The position numbers and the translations under genes were made by a program. 64,000 nt of DNA from Vitrella brassicaformis CCMP3155 (Eukaryota; Protista; Chromerida), in assembly GCA_001179505.1 (NCBI GenBank), contig CDMY01000243.1, positions 496,001 through 560,000 of the forward strand, written 5' to 3'. Below the pieces are notes generated by a model. That model saw only the letters and a program-made list of their open reading frames with translations, had not been told where the DNA came from and ran no database searches. Positions 50,874 to 61,200 of the stretch are shown here, piece by piece (the stretch's first letter is position 1; each line of letters opens with the position of its first letter).

Positions 50874-52167
50874 TGTGCAGAACTGCCGCGTCAGCCATCC
50901 ATGCATGCATCCATCCATCCACACAGACAGACACGCATAGGAATTGACCTAGGCACTTCACCCGACAGTCATCTGCACAACCAATTGGTTAATTGGCACG
51001 CAGACATGGTGGCATGGAAAGGAAGGAGCTACCGGCCAACAGACAGATGTGGAATGTCTGTCTGTCTGTCTGTCTGTGCTTAGCTTAAGGGGAACGGAGG
51101 GGAGAGAAGAGAAAAGAAAAGAGAAAAGCAGTCATAGGTGTGTGGACGAGTGTGGACGGACGATGGGTGTGGACGATGTGTGTGTGTGAAAACCGGCCAT
51201 CGACACCAAAAATGTGGGGAGGAGATACAGGGGGCAGCCAGCCAGCCGGACGCGGGAAGAGAGAAGAGGTCAGCCAGAGGGACGACGGCCACACACACAC
51301 ACACACTCATGGATGTTATGTACAGGTGAGCACGTGTGTGTATGTGTGTATCTGCGGAGATGGCTGTCGGCAAAATCGCCGCTACGCCCCACCTGTGTGT
51401 ATCTGTCTGTGTGTGCGGCACATAAGAGAGGGAGAGAAAAGAGGCGAGAGCGAGAGTAAGTCCGCCGGCCGATCGTTCAGAAAGGCCTTCTCGGGCGCCA
51501 GGAACTCTATGCCGCAGGAACTGTGTGACGCCCGCCGATATGCACACTGTTTCTCTCACTCAATGCAACTAAATACGTTCATCATTCCATCTGTCTGTGT
51601 GTCTGTTGTCTGTCTGTTCAAACAGACAGATGGACAGACAGACCATCCCTGTGTCTGTCTGTCCATCTCACTTGAATCAAACCACCGTGTGTGTGTATGC
51701 CTTGCAAGCTGTGTCTGCCCATCTGTCTGTCCTCTCTCGACCCACACACACCTCACCGGTCTGGTCGGCCAATGCACATGAGGGGGGGCAATCGGAGGGG
51801 AGGGGAGGGGACAGCAGCACCACAGAAAGGGACGGACGAGCGAGCCAGCCGAAAGAAGAGACACACTGGTGTGTACAAACACGCGGACATTAGCAAGAGG
51901 CAGACCATCCATCCATCCATCCATCCATCAGCGAGTACCACAGCAGACAGCACACCGCATGAGAGGAAGTCCCCACCCGCCCCCCTCTTTCTGCCTATCG
52001 CCCACACATCCGTCGAGAGAGAATACGTCGGGCAGATCGCTTCAACGCCAACACCGCCGCCCAGCTTGACACACACATGGAAAGACAGACACAGACACCA
52101 TTGCGTAAGTCGTGAGCGCATCTTCTGCTCGTCTCAGTCGTGTTTGGTGCAGACATACCTCAGCTGT

Positions 52168-53720
52168 CTATTGGTCGAAGATCCTGGCTGAGATGATGGG
52201 CCCCAGCACCACACGCGCTAGCTGAGTGGTCACCGGGAAGCGGTCCTTGAAGGCACCACCCACAGCCGGCTCGGTCGTAGTGATGCGCACATACACTGTA
52301 AACAGATGACAAAAGAGCACAGAGATGAGAGTGTATGCATGTATGGTATGCCGTGCTGGGCTGACCGGTGTTGGGGTCCTCCGAGATGGCAATCCATGCG
52401 ACGAACGTGTGGCTGCTGTTGGTCAGGATGAGATGACGAGAAGTGAGGCCGGTAGCGTAGCGGAATGATGTGGTGGTGGTGCATCCCCCCACACACCAGT
52501 GTCAGCAGGTTGAGCAGCCGGATGTTGCCGGCATGCCTGACCAATGAAGACGCACATAACACACACTCGTGCGTCGACGACACCCACACAGAGTGATGCC
52601 CGGCCTGACCTATTGATAGCACGGGTAGTTCTGGGGTTCTGGTGAGTCCTGTTGAAGTGGCCGATGACAATGGTCTTGACAAACGATGACATAACGAATG
52701 GTCCGGGGGATTCGCCAGCGACCGCCATCCCGCGGGGGGGGAGAAGTCGATCCTGCTGCGGACTGGAGGGTCATGCTGCTGTCGGTGCTGTTGGTAGAGG
52801 TGGCCGGGAGGGAGGGGCGGGATGCTGTCGATCTCGAAGCCGTCCTGGTCTTGGATGGCCCGCAGTGTGGTGCCGTGCTGGAACAGCGCGAAGGTCACGC
52901 CGTCGCCCAAGTGGATGTGGGGGCCGACCACCTTGAGCTGAGCCAACACACGGGGAGCGGCCAAATACGCCTGCACACACAACACATCAACACACCACAC
53001 ACCGATTGAGGGCCATCCTTTCACCCTACCTCTCTCGGTTGGCTTGGCTTACCGTCTTGTTTGGGTATCGGTGCAGATCGGCCGTAGTGAGCCTCACAGG
53101 CAGCTGGCAGCTGCCGCACTGCCCTGCCAGCTCGATCACCTCGCTCATCTCACTCCAGCCGCCCGCCTCCGTCACGCACAGCGCCGCCAGCAGCCCACCC
53201 TCGCCCATCTGCTGGTCGTCGAAGGTCAGCAGCTGCTGTCCGTTGGCCGTCCGCCGCAGCCCCGCCTGTGTGCTCAGCGAGTGGCTGAGCCGCTGCCGCA
53301 GCTGAGGCGCTCCGAAGAGGCCTCTGGCCCATTTGCAGGTCTTCCTCAGACGCAGGATGTCATTGAGGCTGAGCAGGTAAAATGTGCGGCGGCCGACGAA
53401 GATGTACTCGATGTGATGCTGCTGCTGCTGGTTGGGCTGCTGGTGGGGCTGCAGATCTGCCGACCGTGAGCTGCCGCCCCCCTCATGCTGCTGCTGTGAC
53501 TCTGCCGCAGCACCACCCGCACCAACCGAGCCACCTGAAGGCACCACACAGCACAGGAAGGTCATGACAATGGGCAGTCCACCAACAGCAGCCGATGCTT
53601 TGTGTACCTTCGCTATGCCCCCCCCCACCACCACCACCACCAGCAGTATGGCTGATGTCTACGCGTCTACGCTTCTTGGCGCCGGCGTCATCAGCAGGCA
53701 CCTGACCAGCGACACACATC
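52168..53720 (-). pseudogene. Member of an expanded chromerid-type hypothetical family (F-box-like start), apparently with two frameshifts; 5' end unresolved
   Basis: Segments LSLNDILRLRKTCKW...YPNKT / AYLAAPRVLAQLKVVG...HDPPVRSRID / SSFVKTIVIGHF / HAGNIRLLNLLT / GCTTT...FVAWI / RITTTEPAVGGAFKDRFPVTTQLARVVLG...FDQ* match my recollection of a Vitrella multigene family. Frame changes near 52700 and 52500 are not at splice sites. Confidence 0.55.
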
Positions 53721-55213
53721 AATGAGTTTGTCTGTCTGTGTGTCTGTGTGGGTGTGGACTTGTGCGCACCGCGTTGCTACGCTGTTTGTTGCTGTCGGTC
53801 TCCTTCGGCCCCACAGCGCCGCCCGCCCCCCCCCTGAGCCGCCCCGCCGTCGACATCCATTCGCTAACATAAACACACACACACACACACACACATAGAG
53901 GAGTGACCGGCTTGTGTGTGCCATCCAGTGGTCGGTGGAGCCTTACGCATTTGTTGTGGTTAGTGGGCGTCTGTGTCAGCTCATTGCTGAGGGCCGAGTG
54001 GGCGTCGGTAAGATTCGTCAGAAGACCCAACAGCCGGCGGCCAGCCGCCGACGCACAAACCTGTCAACGGCAACAAACACGACAGAGAGAGAGAGAGAGT
54101 GATGCGGCACTCGTGCAGGCGGACGTGTGTGTCATGTTGGCTGCGTTGGATCAGCTCCCTCGCCCGCCGAGCCGGCGTGGCCATCTGACATGCGATCTGA
54201 AGGCAAACAAACAAACAAACAAACAAACAGACAGGCAACACACTGAGTGAATGAATGGCCGGTCTGACGCCTCCCTCCCTCCCTCCCTCACCGATTGGAT
54301 CTGATCTATGACATCTCGCAAGCTATCGTCCGACAGGTCGCCCCGCCCACCTGCACCACACACACCATCACCCCCCACACATACATGACAGCCGTGTGTG
54401 TCCATTGTGTGCGTCATCGCCCGCCTCTCGAGGGAGCCGGGACGTCGTGGCTACTGTCCATCTGACGAACACGGTCAACCATTTGCACCAAGGAAGCAGC
54501 CACACAGCGAGATGGGATGCAGTCATCAGTGTGCCTGTCCTCTCAGTCTGCCGACTCACTGCTCAGTGTGTGAGTTTTGGCGTCAGCCGTCGAGTTGATC
54601 CTGACGCCAGCCATCAAGACGCAAGCCTCTCACTCAGCCCGTCACCGTTGTCAGATCTGAAAGCACACACATCGCACAGCCACGCAGGGAGGGAAGGGAA
54701 TGTGTTGCCTGTCGTTTCTATCTGTCATGCATCATCTGCCTGTCTGCCTGCCTCCCTCAGTTGGCCTCGCTGATGGGAAGGCTTAGCGCCTCGGCTCAGG
54801 GAGTGAATGGGTGGGCCGAGAGGTCTTTTGGTCTCACCGATGGTGACGAGAGGAAGTGTGGAGGCAGCAACAAGCCGTCATCGGACGAAAAGGAATGCGA
54901 GCTGGATGGATGCGATCCGATTAAAGGCGATGTCCTGGCGGCGATGTAAAGAGAGAGAGAAAGATGTCTCTCTTTTTGCCGGTGGCCATCATACGCTGGA
55001 GGAAGCAGTGGTGGACCTCTTGCGCTCCGAACGAGCTGCCCAGTGGGCCCCAACATGGCCATGGGGCCGCTTTCCCATCGGTTCGAACGACGATGTGTGC
55101 CTTTGGTACCGCATGAGCCGTGAGAAGCCGCACAAGAGCGTTCCCAGAGCACCATCGTCATTATCGCATTCATCGGCGCATTTCCGTGTGGTCGTGCCAA
55201 CCTCACAAACACG

Positions 55214-58200
55214 ATGGTCGCCTCATTCTCGCACCGCAAGAAGAGAAGAAGGAGAGTGTCGCTATTGGCCATCGTGCTGGGCTTGTTCTTCACTGCAACA
55301 CATGGAGCATTGTGGTCCTTCTTCACCGACAACAAGGTACCACATGCAGATCAAGGCACTCATTGATCCACTGCAATGGACGAGGAACGTGACAATCCCT
55401 GTTTGTGTCAGGCCCTCGACTCGACCGCTCCATCGCCCACAGCAGGCCGCCCGCCAGTGTCATTCGCCCAGCTCCATGGCGGCGAATCGCACCATCGCAC
55501 GCTGCACGAGCAGCTTGTTGAGAACACGGACGACTCCGCAGCGCATGTCGGGCCGGAGTTCAGTAACCTGGTGGACTGGGTGCAGGGCGGCAAGGCGGCT
55601 GAGGGGCATGCTGCAGAGGCACCGACGAGTCGGAAGCTGAATGCAACGCAAAGGGCAGAGGAGAAGGGGGAGGGGGAGAGGGAGTGGGCTGAATGGGAGG
55701 AGTACGTGAAGCTGAGATCTGCCTGCTGGGACGGTGAGTGCACGGCTGGCTGGCTGGCACAGACGCCAGATGGATGAGATGCGTCCCTGTCTGTCTGCAA
55801 CTCCAGGTGATTTGTGTCCCAAGTTGTTGACCATTCCGTGTGAGGGGCTGGTGGGCGTCTATTCGGCCTACCACTTTTCTATAGCGACGTCCAAGTGGCC
55901 CTATGGTGACCTCGTGACTTCCTGGAATGACCTCAGGGGGTGAGCGGGCGCAATGCATGAGCAGCGGGCGTACTGACAGCATTCGTTACGATGGGTTCAT
56001 GGCTTGACTTGTTTGTGCGCCAGGTCCAAATGCAAGAAATGGTTTGGCGAGTTCACGCAGCCGATCTCAACTCGTGCACCGACATTCGACCGGTGAGGAC
56101 ATCAGAGGCAGCGACACAGCGGTGCTCTTGTGTTTCGCTGCTGTGTGTGCTGTGCAGCGAGAAGAGTTCTCTGTTCTTTTCGAGTGACAAGCAGTGGATG
56201 ACGACAGACTTCAGCCACCCGTTCTTCTCCAAGGGCGATGCCACCATCATGCTGCACGTCAAGTGGCCGCCTCAAGTCAAGGCGGAGGCCATCGCCGCTG
56301 GCACACAAAAGGAGACGGCGGAAGGGGAAGAGGGAGAGGGAGGTGAGGGGGAGGAGAAGAAGGCTCCCGTTGAGGTGCTCTTCAGCTACACTGGCGGGCC
56401 CTACTCGGCCATCCTCGAGGGACAGCTCACACGCGACATCAACCAGCCCCTGTAAGCTGCCGGCCTACGTCCACAATGTGGCAACGATGCAACCCAGACC
56501 CGTCACCATTTGCGTTGTTGGAATGGAATGTAGGGGGCACTTCGCATTGGCAGAGGGCCAGCGCACAGTCTTGGGTGGGGGCCACGATCAGATCTCGGAG
56601 GTGTCTTTGGAGTCGCTGGAGGACACACCCGAGGCATTTTGGTCGCCCCTGCTCATGCTCGAGAAAAACGAGACAGCCACCGAGGCCGATGATTCGATGC
56701 CGCTTGGTCACATCGATGTGGCGTCACCCAACTCACCAGGGAGTGCGGCGGTGCTGGGCGAGTGGGAAGTGTGGACCATACGCAGGAAGGCCTACACCAC
56801 GCAACTCTTCAAGTCAACAAGCAAGACAAGAGCCACACGCAGCCGGCTTTGGAGAATGAACATGTGTGTGCGTGTGTCAGGGATGGCCGTCTGGTGCAGA
56901 CCGCGCCAGCTGACATGAAGTGGCTGGACCCTGCAGCGGGCGAGAAGGGTTTCCTGGACATTGGGTGTCGTGTGAGGGGCGGGGACATGCAGACGGGATA
57001 CGGGGAGATCAATCCCGGCACACACGTCGACCAGGACAGCCAACCCTCACACTGCATGCCAGGTCAGGTCATAGACAGACAGACAGACAGACAGAGACGA
57101 GGATAGTGACTGACACACCATCGATGCACTCACGTGGGTGCGGTGTGCGTGTCAGGTCTGCGGCTGCGGAGTTTGCTGTTGTACGAGCGTGCACTGAGTG
57201 GCAGGGAGATCCATGAGATCACAACCCTCATGTACCGGCAGCCGCAAGACCCATTCACTCTCCTGAGAGTTGGTCAGCCACCCCACCCTACAGACACAGA
57301 CACCTCCGCTTTCCTGACTGACACTGAACCCTCCCCGATTTGTTGGCTGGTTGCAATGCACCAGTTGACTGCGGTGTTCCACCGACTCCGGTGAACGGCA
57401 TCGTCGAGTTTGATGACACCACGGAGGGCGCCAGGGCGGCCTTCAAGTGCACGACCCCCGGCACATCCTGGCCCAAGGGCGTGCCGGACCGTTCTATCTG
57501 CATGGATGACGGCCGTTGGAAGTACTTTCCCAGGTTTGAGGACCTCCCCAAGTGCACCGAGATCCAGCACCCCTGCGACATGCCGCGGCACCGTGCGGCT
57601 CGTGAGGGCGAGGTCAAGGCCCACATGCACTTCACCGACATGCAGTTCGAGGCGGGCGACGACATCGTGTTTGAGTGCCCCAACCACACGGCACTCGTGG
57701 GCGACAAGAGGATCACCTGCTCGGGAGACACCGGCAAATTCAGACGCAAATTCCCCATCTGCAAGGGTGGGTGACGGAGGGACACACGAAGAGCACTGTG
57801 TGCTGACTGTCGCAAGTATCATCTGGATGTATGTGCGGCAGGGATGTGTCCGACCGATGAGATAGGGCGGCGGAAACACCTACAGGCCCGATTCTCGAAG
57901 CAGCAGGTCATCATGGACACCAAGCTCTTCTTCCACTGCCCCAGCGGCCTCAAGATGGAGGCACCCGAATCAGCCGTCCTCACCTGTGTAGGGTCCACCG
58001 TGCAGCCGGCCAAGGAGGAGGCGGCCAGCACTAACACTTCTGACCTGGGACTGCTCACAGCTTTTGGTATGGGAGAAGGAGGAGAGGCCGAAGAGGAGGA
58101 AGAGGTCTCGCCCAGCCATCGGTTCTATGACATTAAGAAGCAAGAGGCGACAATCCCACGATGCGGTCAGTCTCGAAGGAATACGAAGGTGTACGGGAAG

Positions 58201-61200
58201 AAATATTAGTCTCTGTGTGTGTGTGTGTGTAGTGTCACTGACGGGCAAGTGTCCGGAGCCGCCCGATGCCGAGGATCCAGGCCTCGACAAGAACTTCACC
58301 AAACCTCGTGTGGCCGCCAACAGCACACTGGATATCCGCACATCAGTGACATTCGAGTGCGACACGAACTGGGTGCTCTACGGCCACTCGACGCTCGACT
58401 GTCTCGAGGACGGATCATACAGCGGCAAACTGCCCGTCTGCGTATACTGTAAGCTAATCGAGACACAAGCCACCCACACACATACACCAATGGCCTTGAC
58501 GGGGTGGTCATTGTGTGTCAGCTCCTCCTATCGAGTGTCCCGTGCCGGAGCTGCCCGGCGGCCACTGGGAGCTCCGCAACAGCACGATAGTGCATCCCGG
58601 CACTATTGTAGACGAGGGCGTGCAGCTCATCGGCTGGTGCGACGAGGGGCTCTTCCTCTTCCCCACCAAACACGCCGGACTTGTGACTTGCCATGAGTCG
58701 GGGGCACTCGTGCCCGACGCACATATGCTCAAATGCGAAGACAGAGACCTCACTGACGAAGGTCAGTAAGGCCGCCGAGTCAGGGGGACGGGCATGCATG
58801 AGAAATCTGTTCGTGTGTGGTGGAATGAATGTGTGCAGAGATTTTGGCTCTGGTGCGGAATGCCAAGGGACCGTGTGGCGGTCTGAAGCATCTGGATAAC
58901 GTCAGGACAGTCACGCCAGCACGACAGCGGTACCGCTTTGGCGACGTTGTCGAGCCCACATGCAAAGACGGATACGTGCTGGTGAGACAGAAAGCAAGGT
59001 GACCATGGTGGGACAGACGTGTAAATGGCGCCTGCTCCGGTGTGTCACGTCAGACGGGCGCTCCTCTGTTCCACTGCGACGAGCTGCCCAGCCGAGGGCG
59101 GTCAGACATGCCTACCGGCCGCTGGGAGCCATCAGACGACGCCACTCGACCCACATGCCTGCGTACACAAGAAAGAAGCAAACGAGACTTACCACTGTCG
59201 GCACGTGCCTTTCGTTTGCGCTCCTCTTTTTGTCGTTCAGCATCGTGTCCCGCTCCCCCGGGTGTTAATGGGTGGCATTACGTTGTGGAGGGCCCGCATT
59301 CGTACGAGGGGTTTGCTGCCGGGGCCAGGGTGGCCCTGTGCTGCAGTGGCATGTTCGAACCCACTGAAGACACACTCGTGTGCCGCGACGACGGGGGATG
59401 GGAGGGCACCCCTCCACAGTGCCAGCCCACAGGTACTCATCGTACTTCCAGCACACATCCACCAGCCGCATGGCCAATCCTGTCTGTGTGTATGTGCGTG
59501 TATGTCCAACCGTCAGATGTGTTCAATCCGTTCACCCATTTGCCGACCTGGGCCACGCGTAACCTTAGGGGCGTGTATGTGGCCGACGAGCAGCACATGG
59601 ACCTGGTGCCCCAGGCGCCGGGCATAGGACGGGTACAAAAGTGGCGATCCATGAGCTGTGGCGGCTTCGGGCCACTCGACACTCCTGTCGACTGCTCGGC
59701 CAGCCCGGGAGATTGCCCGTCATTCAACAGGTACACATACAAGTCACTGATTTGTCGTCACCTGCCCGCTTGACCTCTGTGTGTGGTCGAACGGACCTCT
59801 CAGGGCAAAAGGGCGCTTCGTCCATTTCCATGGCGACCAGTACCTTCGATCGCGGTACGTCCGCCCGTTCGGCCCGCATGGAGGGCTGATATACGTGGCC
59901 ACCCGTCCGAGGGAGTTGCCGGCCCCCGGGGAGGTGTCGGATGTGACGAGTGCCAACGAGACTGAGAACATCCCACCTGAACCCGGCACTTTGGCTGAGT
60001 TTGTGGCGGGTGACAAACGTGACACTGGCGTGCAAGTTGGGTGGGAAAGAGCCATCGAAATGAGCAAGGGGTCGGTAGATCCGCCATATATGCCACTCGC
60101 CATGTGGAGGAACCAGACCGCAGGTGAGTCTTGAGGAGACACGTGCACGTTGAGTCCAGTTGGTTGCCATCTTTGTTTTGCTGCCTCCCTGCAGGTCTGC
60201 AGGGAGCCAGGGTGCTCAACATGACCACAAAAGGTATCCTATGACCGTACCTGCATATGCAAACAAGAGCGCATTGGTTGTGTGTGCAGTCGGTTGTCAT
60301 TTCGACGGGATGTGTTTCCACGGCATCGAGCTTCGCCGCCCGCTCCGTCGCAATGTCCACCACGCAAACATGACCGGCACACTCAACATATCCGAGCCCT
60401 TCATCCACTTCTACTCGTTCAACCTATCGGGGAAGCACACAGACCTGCCGTTCGTCGGCAGCTTCCCGGGTCTGGGCGGTGTCTCCATGCGTCACTTCGG
60501 TCCCGCCAAGCTGTATCTTGGTGGCGATCCGCCCGTCCCGCCTTCGCCTCCCCCGCCCCCTCCGCCGCCCGCCGATGCGCAGCCGCCGAGCGAGGACGAG
60601 GAGAGGGAGAAATACCTTCAGGACGACCTTCAGAAGAAGAAGGACCAGGAGAGGGGCGAAGAGGAGGACCCGCTCATGAGGATCCTCAGGGAGATCGCGG
60701 CGACAGGGCCATCACTGCTGCAGACGGGAGAAAGAGCGGACGCCACGCAATCTCTGGGACCCGGCACTGCCTCGCCTGTCACACGTAAGCAATGAATGAT
60801 GCATGAATGTCTTGAGACATTCGGGTTTGTGGTGTCGGACCGTCATGTGGGGTGGCTGCAGGTGATGTTCGCCTCTTTGCCGTGTTCGATCGCCCCTTTG
60901 CCAACCCAAAGCTGACGGACCTCTTTGCCGCCCTCTTCAGTTTTATCCTTCGAGGCCTTGACAGTGAGCAACAAAAGCAAGCAAACAGAGAAACAAGCAA
61001 ACAAAAACGCTCGTTTGTCTGTGTGTGTCCCGCCAGCTCGCGAGTTCGCCGACACGATGAAGGAGATCCTGGACGCCATGCAGCAACCTGGTAGACAGAC
61101 CTCTTCCCCCACACTCCACTCTATCCGCACTTGCCTGGCTGTGTGTTCTGCCCTCCTTCTTTCCGCCTCTCGCAGAGAATGTGACTGAGCGGCCGGCCCG

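Noticed and set aside
39230-51083. ORFs containing runs of X across the two gaps
   Set aside because: They are artefacts of translating N bases; only the retroelement-like flanks of the first gap are meaningful.
54396-55200. Overlapping ORFs on both strands upstream of the Sushi gene
   Set aside because: No consistent splice chain or domain could be built; they may include 5' exons of the minus-strand family gene but this cannot be supported.
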